From the NCBI GenBank assembly GCA_002763225.1, contig PFAI01000009.1:4228-26135 (forward strand): 21,908 nt of DNA, in the 5' to 3' direction. This document shows positions 1-8,251 of the stretch, one piece after another. This stretch comes from Candidatus Diapherotrites archaeon CG10_big_fil_rev_8_21_14_0_10_31_34. GTDB lineage: Archaea; Iainarchaeota; Iainarchaeia; Iainarchaeales; 1-14-0-10-31-34. The position numbers were made by a program, and so were the translations under genes. Under the pieces are notes generated by a model. That model did no database searches. It saw nothing but the letters and a program-made list of their open reading frames with translations, and was not told the DNA's origin. Numbering within the stretch: the first letter of the stretch is position 1; each line of letters opens with the position of its first letter.

Positions 1-1
1 A

Positions 2-124
2 ACTGACTGGATTCACTTGGATATTGCTCCAAGCGCATTTAATCATGAAAAAGAATCAGAATACTGTGCTAAAGGCGGGACAGGATTTGGAGTAAGATTA
101 ACAATAGAATATTTAAAAAAATAA
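2..124 (+). CDS. pepA: Leucyl aminopeptidase (peptidase M17), C-terminal end only
   Basis: Frame 2 reads TDWIHLDIAPSAFNHEKESEYCAKGGTGFGVRLTIEYLKK* (TAA 122-124). W.HLDIA and G.TGFGVRL are the conserved C-terminal M17 motifs. Truncated by the window edge. Confidence 0.85.
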   Translation, partial: TDWIHLDIAPSAFNHEKESEYCAKGGTGFGVRLTIEYLKK

Positions 125-173
125 AACATTAAAAGAAACAAAACATTAAAAGAAACAGAATATTTAAAGAAAT
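106..173 (+). repeat. Four-unit 17-bp tandem repeat in the convergent pepA/ORF177 junction
   Basis: agaatatttaaaaaaat (106-122), aaaacattaaaagaaac (123-139), aaaacattaaaagaaac (140-156), agaatatttaaagaaat (157-173). The two middle units are identical. Confidence 0.6.
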
Positions 174-176
174 AAA

Positions 177-641
177 TTATTTTCTCTTCTTTTTTTTTGT
201 TTTAGTTAATTCTTTGCGAACGTTCCTGACTCTGTCATTGATTTCTTTTTTATGAGAAAATAATTTAATTATTTTTGCTATTCCTGTAAAAAGCGGTTTA
301 AGCAAATAAACTGCCCCCATTGCTTTATAAAAAATCAGGTAAGGGACAAAAGAAAGAATGTAAATAAACTTGTTTTTAATAAATTTTTCTTTGTTAGGGG
401 AAATTAAATAATGATTAATTAAATCAACTGCAAGAATAAAAATCGCAAGATAATCAATTATTTCAAGTGCAACAAGAAACTCTTCAGAAAAATGCACTTG
501 AAAAACATAATGAGCTATTTCAAATAAGCCGACAATCATGATTACAGCCAGAGAACCTTCAGCAGTCAGTTTCCATTTAGCCATGAGCTTTAAAGGAATC
601 AATCCATTAAACTTTTCTTTTGCTTTATTTTTTATTTTCAT
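177..641 (-). CDS. Small 4-TM membrane protein resembling the S1-S4 part of ion-transport (Ion_trans) proteins, without a pore domain
   Basis: 154 aa. LEIIDYLAIFILAVDL...NKEKFIKNKFIYILSFVPY resembles the S2-S3 pattern. No TVGYG/pore segment. Basic tail. Confidence 0.5.
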   Translation of the reverse strand: MKIKNKAKEKFNGLIPLKLMAKWKLTAEGSLAVIMIVGLFEIAHYVFQVHFSEEFLVALEIIDYLAIFILAVDLINHYLISPNKEKFIKNKFIYILSFVPYLIFYKAMGAVYLLKPLFTGIAKIIKLFSHKKEINDRVRNVRKELTKTKKKKRK

Positions 642-704
642 GCACTAAAATAAAAGATTCTAGACTTTAAAACAATATCTAATAGAAAACAAAAAAAGGG
701 ATAT

Positions 705-713
705 TTTAATATA
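705..713 (+). promoter_or_regulatory. Putative archaeal TATA box of the HerA-like gene
   Basis: TTTAATATA preceded by purine-rich AAAAAGGG (BRE-like), about 35 bp upstream of ATG 747. Confidence 0.35.
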
Positions 714-746
714 ACCTTAAACATATTTCTTTAGTAAAGTGATTAA

Positions 747-3700
747 ATGGAAAAAGAAAACCAAGAAATTGAAGAAACAGAAGAACCAAGACCAATTGAA
801 GATGAAAGAGTAAAAAAAACAATTGTAAAAGAAGACATTGATATTTTTGATGAAGTGTTTGAAGGAAAAAAAGAAAAACACTCAGAAGAAGAAATAGAAA
901 ACAAAGTAATTCAAAAAGAAGAAACAGAAAAAGAAACAAACGAAGCAGAAGAAGAAATAAAAGGAACAAAAGAAACAGAAAAACTGATTTTAAAGAAAAA
1001 ATCCAGAAAAACCAGTGAAGAAAAAGAAGCAGAAGAAAATGAAGAAACTGAACAAACAGAAGAAGTTCAAGAAGAAAAAACTAAAACAAAAAAATCAAAA
1101 ACTGATTCTCTGACAAAAAAAAAGAAAGAAAAAAAGAAAGCAAAATCAAATTATGAAAAAAAAGAGTTAACAGAAAAAGAAAAAAGTTTGCTTGAAGAAA
1201 CAGAAAACGATGAACTAAATTTAGATGAAATGCCGGAAAGAACTGAAGTAAAAAGAACAATAATGGAAAACGCACTCAAAATGAGTGAAAAAGAATTCGA
1301 TGAATTTGATGAAGAAGAAATTGATGGAATAGAATATTATTCAGGAGACAAAAAATTTACTTTAGCAGAAGAACAGGCAAAAGAAGCAGCAACAATTTCA
1401 GGTTTTGAATTAAGTTTTTTAGAAAACGAGGAAACAGGAAATGCTTTTATTGGAAGAAAAAAAAGTGTTTTTGAAAAATATCAGGAAAAAGCATCATTAT
1501 TTATAGGAAAAGTAGATGAAGAAGAAAAAAACGGAAAAAATATTTTATTGGATTCATTAAATCCTCATGTGGTTTTTGTCTGCGGAGCAAGAGGTTCAGG
1601 AAAATGTGTTACAGGAGATACTTTAATAACATTAGAAAATGGAAAATGCATTGAAATTAAAGAATTGTACAGATACAATGAGCCTGTTTTTGGATTAAAT
1701 GAAAAACTAAAGATTCAGCCATTAAAAAAAGATGAATTCTTTGAAAGAGAAGTAGAAAAAATCCTTCAAGTAAAACTTAGAAGCGGGAAAGAAATTAAAT
1801 TGACTCCAGAACACCCTTTGCTTACAATTAATGGATGGAAACCAATACAAGAATTAAAAGAAAGGGCAAGGATTGCTACGCCAAGAAAAATCCCTGCATT
1901 TGGAAACAAACAGATGAAAGAAAACAAAGTAAAAATATTAGCTTATTTGATAGCTGAAGGCCATTTAGGAAACCAGTTTGTTTTGTTCACAAACGCCGAC
2001 AATAAAATAATGAACGAATTTAAAGAAAGTGTTTATGCATTTGACTCAAACCTGAAAATGCTTCCACACGGGAAATTTTCAGTAAGAGTTTCACAAATAA
2101 AAAAAGAAATGGATTTAAGCAATGTCGTCAGAAATGGGCAAGGGCAATTTACTTCCACAGGATATGTTGTTGCACAAAAAAGTTCTCTGATGAAATGGCT
2201 TGAAGAAATAGAATTATATGAAAAAAGAAGCCACAACAAATTTATTCCAGAAGAAATAATGGAATTAGAAAAAAAGCAAATCAGCATTTTCTTAAACAGA
2301 TTGTTTTCTTGTGACGGAACAATACATAAAATAAACAAAACCACAAACTGGCAAATTTCTGTCTGCACTGTTTCAGAAAAAATGTCAAAACAAATACACC
2401 ATCTATTATTGCGTTTTGGAATTTTATCAAAAATAAGACACAAAAAAACAAAATTTAATGGAAAAATAGGAAATGCATTTGAAATAATAATAAATGCAGA
2501 AAATGCATTAAAATTCATTCAAGAAATAGGTTTTTTTGGGGAAAAAAAAGAAAAACAAAAAATTGCATTAAAAGAAATGAAAGAAAAAAACAGGAACCCA
2601 AATGTTGATACAATCCCAAAAGAAATCTGGAAAGAATTCAAGCCAAAAAACTGGCATCAGATGGGAAGAGATTTTGGTTACAAACAAATAAAATCAATGT
2701 ATAATACAGTCAATTACGCGCCTTCAAGAGAAAAATTAAATAAAATGGCTGAAATTGAAGGAAACAAAAAAGTTCAAGAAATAGCAAACTCTGATATTTT
2801 CTGGGATGAGATAACTGAAATAAAAGAAATAAATGAAAAAACAAAAGTCTATGATATTAGTGTCCCTGAATTCCACAATTTTTTGGCTAATGACATAATA
2901 ATTCACAACTCATATGTTTTAGGAGTGTTAGCAGAAGAACTGGCTTTGAAAAACAAAGACATTGGAATGATTGTAATTGACCCGATTGGAGTATTTTGGT
3001 CAATGAGATTTCCAAACAAAGAACTAAACGAAGTAGCAAAATTAAGTGAATGGAATTTAATGCCTCAGGGACTGGAAAACATTAAAGTGTTTATTCCTGA
3101 AGGAATTAAATCAGAGGTTCCAAAAAACACTTTTGATGCAACTTTTTCAATTCAGCCTTCTCTTTTAACAGCAGAAGACTGGTGTCTGACTTTTGGAATG
3201 GAAAGATTTGGTCCGGCAGGATTGTTATTAAGCAAGGTATTAAAAAAATTAGAGCATGGATTTAAAGCAGAAGGAAAATATATTAAAGCAAAAAAAGGAA
3301 ATTTTTCTTTAAATGAAATAGTTTATTGTCTGGAAAAAGATGAAGAATTAAATTCAAGAGAAAGAGGATATAAACAGGATTCAATTCGTGCATTAGTTTC
3401 AAGACTGGAAGCAGCAAAAAGCTGGGGAATTTTCTCTGAAAAAGGAACTCCTTTAGGAGAATTAAGCAGGGAAAACCAGCTGACTATATTAGACACAAGC
3501 TTTTTGGAAGACGGGGTAACTGCATTAGTAATAGGAATAATTGCAAGAAGATTACTGGCTGCAAGAAAGATTTCAACAAGAAAAGAAGCAGCAAAAAAAT
3601 TCAAGAAAAGCCTGGATGAAATGCTTGAAATGGATATACCTCCTACCTGGCTGTTTATAGATGAAGCACACACTTTAATTCCATCAGGAAATGTAAATAC

Positions 3701-5135
3701 TCCTGCAACCTCTGCTTTAGTTGAATACGTAAAACAAGGAAGACGTCCAGGTTGTTCTTTAGTGTTTGCAACCCAACAGCCTTCAGCAATTGATACAAGA
3801 GTTTTATCCCAATTAGATATTTTGATTTCACATAAACTTGTTTTTGATGATGACATTAAAGCAATCTTCAAAAGAGTTCCTTCAATTGTTCCAGGAAAAT
3901 ACAAGAAAAGCAGTTTTATCAGAACTCTTTCAGTTGGAACAGCATTAGTTGCAGACAGAAGAGAAGAAACTTCAAGAGCATTTGTAATGAATATTCGCCC
4001 AAGAATGTCACAGCATGAAGGAAGAGACGCAGAAACAGCTGAAGCAAAAACCAGCATTTCAGAAAACGATGTATTAAAGTTGTCAGCTGAAATGATTTGG
4101 AGAAAAATACAGGAAGGCCCATTAGAAATGGATAAAGTAAATATTTTAGTTGATTCATTAAACGGAAAATACTCTGCAAAAGTAATGCTTTCATCTGTGT
4201 TAGATGAATTAGAAGAAAGAGGAGCAGTAATTCAGGCAGACAAAATTTTCATTAAAGGAAAAGAATTAATTGAAGAAGAAGAAGAAATGGAAACAGAAGA
4301 AGAAAGATATGAAAAAGAAGTGGAAAAAGGGTTAAGAGAACAGGATGAAATGAAAGAAAAAGGAATAACCGGAACAGGAATAAAAGAAATTGAAGAAACA
4401 GCAAAGCCATTAAAAGAATTAAGTTTAGCAATAAAAATAGATGAAGAAAGTATAAGAAAAATTGCAGACAAAAAAAGAAAGAAAAAAACACTTGGTTTTA
4501 TTGGAAGCGAAGAAAGAATTAAAGGAATAATACTGAATTTTGAGCCAATCTATAAAATAAAAGTAAATGATTTTGACTTGAAAAAAGAATTTGTTTCAGT
4601 TGAATGCTTTGTTAATGGTTTGACAGGAGAATTACTGCATTTTGACGGAAAACAATTCATTGAATCAAAAGGGTTTACTAAAACAAGTTCTTTAACCAAA
4701 GACGAATCACTTGTATTAAGGAATTTACTGCAGAAAAAAATGTTAAAACAAGTACTTGAAAAAAACCCTGAATTATCTGAAGAAAAAGCAAAAAAAATTG
4801 TTTCAAGCCTGGCAGAAAAAGGCTTTCTGAAAAAAGAAAAAAAAGAAGGAAAAATACAATACTCTTTAAATCAGGAAATGGATCTGCCTTCAAGCCTGAG
4901 AATGAAATTGATTAACTCTGTAAGCAATTGTTCTTTCACTGAAAATATGATTAATAATGCAGTAAAAGAAAAGTTTTCAATAGAAGAAATAAACTCAATG
5001 GCAAAAGGGTTATGGTCTAATTCAGTTGTAAAAAAAACAGAAAAAATCTTTCGCCCAGTTTACTACATAACTCTTGAGGATAATGGAAAAGAAAGACTTT
5101 TGAAAATTGACGGAACAACAGGACAGGAAATTTGA
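747..5135 (+). CDS. HerA/DUF87 (FtsK-HerA superfamily) P-loop ATPase, intein-containing, with acidic N-terminal extension and C-terminal wHTH/PepSY-like modules
   Basis: PHVVFVCGARGSGK|S Walker A (split by the intein), IVIDPIG, Walker B LFIDEAH, GRRPGCSLVFATQQPS typical of HerA-like ATPases. About 1027 aa after splicing. Confidence 0.85.
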   Translation: MEKENQEIEETEEPRPIEDERVKKTIVKEDIDIFDEVFEGKKEKHSEEEIENKVIQKEETEKETNEAEEEIKGTKETEKLILKKKSRKTSEEKEAEENEETEQTEEVQEEKTKTKKSKTDSLTKKKKEKKKAKSNYEKKELTEKEKSLLEETENDELNLDEMPERTEVKRTIMENALKMSEKEFDEFDEEEIDGIEYYSGDKKFTLAEEQAKEAATISGFELSFLENEETGNAFIGRKKSVFEKYQEKASLFIGKVDEEEKNGKNILLDSLNPHVVFVCGARGSGKCVTGDTLITLENGKCIEIKELYRYNEPVFGLNEKLKIQPLKKDEFFEREVEKILQVKLRSGKEIKLTPEHPLLTINGWKPIQELKERARIATPRKIPAFGNKQMKENKVKILAYLIAEGHLGNQFVLFTNADNKIMNEFKESVYAFDSNLKMLPHGKFSVRVSQIKKEMDLSNVVRNGQGQFTSTGYVVAQKSSLMKWLEEIELYEKRSHNKFIPEEIMELEKKQISIFLNRLFSCDGTIHKINKTTNWQISVCTVSEKMSKQIHHLLLRFGILSKIRHKKTKFNGKIGNAFEIIINAENALKFIQEIGFFGEKKEKQKIALKEMKEKNRNPNVDTIPKEIWKEFKPKNWHQMGRDFGYKQIKSMYNTVNYAPSREKLNKMAEIEGNKKVQEIANSDIFWDEITEIKEINEKTKVYDISVPEFHNFLANDIIIHNSYVLGVLAEELALKNKDIGMIVIDPIGVFWSMRFPNKELNEVAKLSEWNLMPQGLENIKVFIPEGIKSEVPKNTFDATFSIQPSLLTAEDWCLTFGMERFGPAGLLLSKVLKKLEHGFKAEGKYIKAKKGNFSLNEIVYCLEKDEELNSRERGYKQDSIRALVSRLEAAKSWGIFSEKGTPLGELSRENQLTILDTSFLEDGVTALVIGIIARRLLAARKISTRKEAAKKFKKSLDEMLEMDIPPTWLFIDEAHTLIPSGNVNTPATSALVEYVKQGRRPGCSLVFATQQPSAIDTRVLSQLDILISHKLVFDDDIKAIFKRVPSIVPGKYKKSSFIRTLSVGTALVADRREETSRAFVMNIRPRMSQHEGRDAETAEAKTSISENDVLKLSAEMIWRKIQEGPLEMDKVNILVDSLNGKYSAKVMLSSVLDELEERGAVIQADKIFIKGKELIEEEEEMETEEERYEKEVEKGLREQDEMKEKGITGTGIKEIEETAKPLKELSLAIKIDEESIRKIADKKRKKKTLGFIGSEERIKGIILNFEPIYKIKVNDFDLKKEFVSVECFVNGLTGELLHFDGKQFIESKGFTKTSSLTKDESLVLRNLLQKKMLKQVLEKNPELSEEKAKKIVSSLAEKGFLKKEKKEGKIQYSLNQEMDLPSSLRMKLINSVSNCSFTENMINNAVKEKFSIEEINSMAKGLWSNSVVKKTEKIFRPVYYITLEDNGKERLLKIDGTTGQEI
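1605..2909 (+). mobile_element. Intein with LAGLIDADG homing endonuclease (435 aa, residues 287-721)
   Basis: Block A CVTGDT after GSGK; block B LTPEHPLL; LAGLIDADG motifs ILAYLIAEGH and FLNRLFSCDG; blocks F/G VYDISVPEFHNFLANDIIIHN followed by +1 Ser. Removal restores GARGSGKSY. Confidence 0.95.
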
Positions 5136-5152
5136 TTTTTTAAGTGAAAAAA

Positions 5153-5800
5153 ATGCCTAAAACAACAGGCCTAAAAATTTTCAAGCCAAAAAAAATTGGT
5201 TTACACTCCATCAGAAAAGCTTTCAGAGACCTAAATAATAAATCAAAACCAACTGCAAAACTTGTTTTAAGGGACTGGCACAAAAGAACTGTTTTTGCTA
5301 TTTCTCCCGCAATGACTGCAACGGCAAGAGAATTCAAAACCAAAGAAGATGCAGTAAAATACACAAAAAACCAAAGAAAAGTAGAAAAAACAATAACGGA
5401 ATCAAATCCTAAAACATTTAAATTGCAGCCAGTTCAGTTTTTAGGAAGAAAAGAAAAAATTTTATTGGAAAGGGTTTATCATGGGCCAAGCTTCATTGAA
5501 TTCTATTTCAAAAGAGGCAGATATTATAAAAACATCAAAAGAAGACTGAAAGAAAAAGGAATTGATTTAAATAAAGAAGAAAATTTTATAAGAGTAAGCC
5601 GCAGCATTGAAAAAACTGAAAAAGAATTACAAAAAATACTGATGAAAACAGATTTATTGTATTCATCAAAACCGGAAATCCTGATTGACTTTAAAAGCGA
5701 TAATTTTCTTTTTCTGGACTTTAACCCAAAAACAAACAAAGTTTTGCTGACTTTCATTGACTTTGATAAACTGGGTTCAATCAGGACCTGGGGGAAATAA
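5153..5800 (+). CDS. Basic hypothetical protein with protein-kinase-like catalytic motifs
   Basis: ATG 5153 follows GTGA-A6 (the ORF track starts at GTG 5144). IDFKSDNFL fits DxKxxN, LTFIDFD is DFG-like, LLERVYHGPS is hinge-like. Confidence 0.5.
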   Translation: MPKTTGLKIFKPKKIGLHSIRKAFRDLNNKSKPTAKLVLRDWHKRTVFAISPAMTATAREFKTKEDAVKYTKNQRKVEKTITESNPKTFKLQPVQFLGRKEKILLERVYHGPSFIEFYFKRGRYYKNIKRRLKEKGIDLNKEENFIRVSRSIEKTEKELQKILMKTDLLYSSKPEILIDFKSDNFLFLDFNPKTNKVLLTFIDFDKLGSIRTWGK

Positions 5801-5812
5801 AAATAAAAATCA

Positions 5813-7483
5813 TTATTTCACTGAATCAATTATTGCTTTAGCCAGTTTTACCGGGTCATGCCTTATTAAGTCAACTTTTTCCCATAAAACTCTTTTTTTA
5901 TCAGGGTCAATTGCTTCAATTAAATCAGTTCGGATTACTTTTGTTGCATTTAATTCGTTTTCATTCAAGTCATCTTTAACCAAAAAAGATTTTTCTTTTT
6001 CATATAAATCTAAAATTCTTTTGTCCGGAACAGTTGAATTCACTAAAACAAAATCAAGGAATTCCAATGGAAGAATTTCATTTAATGCATTCAAATAATC
6101 TGATGCCTTAAAATTTGGTGTCTGGTCAGGCTGGGTAACAATATTTAAAACAAAAACTTTTTTTGCCTTGGTTTTCCTTATTGCATCATTTAAATCGGAA
6201 ATTAAAAGATTTGGGGTAATGCTTGTATAAAAACTTCCAGGAGCCAAAACAACTAAATCTGCTTCTAATACTGCCTGAACTGCTTCAATACATGCTTTTG
6301 GTTCAGGAGACAAAAAAGTTTTCTTAATTTTTTTTCCTGCAAGTCTTACATTAAATTCTCCTTCAGCTTTTGTTCCGTCAACAAATTCAGCACACAAATT
6401 AACATCATCTAAAGTTGAAGGAACAACTTTTCCTTTGATTGCAAGAATTTTTGATACCTGCTTTAAAGCTAACTCAAAACTTCCTTCAAGCTTGGTTAAA
6501 GCTGCAATAAAAAGATTACCAAAAGAATGACCGTTTAATTCACTTTCACCAGAAAAACGGTATTGAAAAAGTTTTTTCATTAATTCTTCTGAATCACTTA
6601 AAGCCACAAGACAGTTTCTGATATCTCCTGGAGGAAGAATATGCAGTTCTTTTCTGATTTTTCCTGAACTCCTTCCGGAATCCATTACAGTTACAATTGC
6701 AGTAAGATTTGAAGTATAATTTTTTAAGCCATTCAAAAGAATTGGAAGACCTGTTCCGCCTCCAATTGCAACAATTTTTTGTTTTGATCCATTAGCTTTT
6801 TTTTCAAGAGAATTAATTGCATCAAATAAATCAGAGATTTTGTTGATCGAATAATCTGGTTCCTCTAAAATGTTTTTTGGCTTGACTTCAGAAAACCTTC
6901 CATGCAATAATCTGACTGAATTCATTCCAAGCATATTAGCTATCCTTATTTCTGAATGAATTCTGTCGCCGACAGAAACAACTTCTTTTGGCTTTAAATT
7001 AAATCTTTTTAACACTTCCGTGAAAAAATCTTCTTTTTCAGGGCCAGTCTCAACATCATGAATAAAGATTTCATCAAACAAATATTCAATTTTTAATAAT
7101 TCAATTTTTTTTTGCTGTCTTTTGGTTATTCCAGAAGTAACTAAAATTAATTTAATTTTTTTTTCTTTTAATGTTTCTAACAATTCTTTTGCTCCGGAAA
7201 ACAAATGAATTTCTTCAACTAAATCAGAATTATATGCTTCCAATGCTTTTTTTACTATTTCATCTTTATTTTTTTCTGAATATTTCTCAGAAATAATTTG
7301 AAAAACATTTGAAGTGGGATTTAATTCATTTAATTTTTTTTGTTCTTCAATTAATTCGTTTTCTGAAAGAGTTATTCCTGCTTTAACCATTGCTTTTGCT
7401 GCACGCTTTCTTGCATTATTTACCAAAAGGCCTGTACAGTCAAATAAAGTGTCATCCAAATCAAATATTACTGCTTTAATCAT
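5813..7483 (-). CDS. Fusion of HAD-superfamily hydrolase (subfamily IA) and YvcK/GlmR (UPF0052, CofD-related) domain
   Basis: N-half: IFDLDDTL, VTSG, VGDRIHSEI. C-half: IVAIGGGTGL, VTVMDSGRSSG, LPPGDIRNCLVALS, GHSFGNL, PGSFYTSITPNLL, IRHDP. One continuous frame. Likely start ATG 7483 (alternative GTG 7492). Confidence 0.9.
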   Translation of the reverse strand: MIKAVIFDLDDTLFDCTGLLVNNARKRAAKAMVKAGITLSENELIEEQKKLNELNPTSNVFQIISEKYSEKNKDEIVKKALEAYNSDLVEEIHLFSGAKELLETLKEKKIKLILVTSGITKRQQKKIELLKIEYLFDEIFIHDVETGPEKEDFFTEVLKRFNLKPKEVVSVGDRIHSEIRIANMLGMNSVRLLHGRFSEVKPKNILEEPDYSINKISDLFDAINSLEKKANGSKQKIVAIGGGTGLPILLNGLKNYTSNLTAIVTVMDSGRSSGKIRKELHILPPGDIRNCLVALSDSEELMKKLFQYRFSGESELNGHSFGNLFIAALTKLEGSFELALKQVSKILAIKGKVVPSTLDDVNLCAEFVDGTKAEGEFNVRLAGKKIKKTFLSPEPKACIEAVQAVLEADLVVLAPGSFYTSITPNLLISDLNDAIRKTKAKKVFVLNIVTQPDQTPNFKASDYLNALNEILPLEFLDFVLVNSTVPDKRILDLYEKEKSFLVKDDLNENELNATKVIRTDLIEAIDPDKKRVLWEKVDLIRHDPVKLAKAIIDSVK

Positions 7484-7517
7484 TTCAACCACACAATTTA
7501 AGCAAATTCATTTTCCA

Positions 7518-7994
7518 TCACTTGAAAAACTTGCTCATCACCAATTCATTTTTGTTATCATAATAATGGTTTTTTAATAATGCATCTTTTTCTAAACCCA
7601 TTTTAGTGTAAAAAGAAATTGCTCTTTCATTGTCTTCATGAGTAAACAAAAAAAGTTTTCTAAGCTTTTCTTTTTTAGAAGAAAAAAATTCTTTTGCTTC
7701 TGATTCAACAAAATCAAATAATTTTTTTGCAATTCCTTTTCCTCTGAATTCTTTTGAAACTGCAATTCTGTCTAATTCAATTAAACCATGCCTTGGCAGT
7801 CCTTTCATTGCCCAGGAAACCAAACCAATTACTTTCCCCTGGCTTTCGGCAACAATAAAACTCCAGCCTTTAGCTGTTTCATTCCTGAAAACTTGAATTC
7901 CTTCTTCAACTGATTTAATGCTATAGCCTTGCTCTAAAACTTTTCCAATTCCTTGTGAATCTTTTTCCTCTGCTTTCCTTAGATTTATTTGCAT
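7518..7994 (-). CDS. GNAT family N-acetyltransferase
   Basis: Acetyl-CoA motif IAVSKEFRGKGIAKKL, NERAISFYTKMG, and a RimI-like tail HYYDNKNELVM. Confidence 0.9.
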   Translation of the reverse strand: MQINLRKAEEKDSQGIGKVLEQGYSIKSVEEGIQVFRNETAKGWSFIVAESQGKVIGLVSWAMKGLPRHGLIELDRIAVSKEFRGKGIAKKLFDFVESEAKEFFSSKKEKLRKLFLFTHEDNERAISFYTKMGLEKDALLKNHYYDNKNELVMSKFFK

Positions 7995-8019
7995 TTAAAT
8001 CACTTAATTAATTATTTTA

Positions 8020-8208
8020 CTAACTAACTTCTTTTATAAGTTCTTTTAAAAAAAGTTGAGTTTGTCTTCCTTTTTTTGTTAATTTAAAATTCTCGCTCAG
8101 TAAATTGCTTTCTTTCAGTTCTGCTTTTATCCAGCCTGAAGTTGTTGGTTGTTTTCCCAACAAAAATTTTACTGTTCCTGTGTCACTCAATCTTTCAACA
8201 AAAACTTT
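8020..8208 (-). pseudogene. Possible winged-helix gene remnant or small ORF
   Basis: Open frame KVFVERLSDTGTVKFLLGKQPTTSGWIKAELKESNLLSENFKLTKKGRQTQLFLKELIKEVS*. The only start is TTG 8190. FKLTKKG resembles a wHTH wing. Confidence 0.35.
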
Positions 8209-8251
8209 TTAATTTAATGGTATGGCTATTTACTTGATTTCTAGGCAGGTC

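Noticed and set aside
5813..6790. F420 biosynthesis CofD
   Set aside because: Motifs match the YvcK/GlmR branch, and no cofC/cofE genes are nearby.
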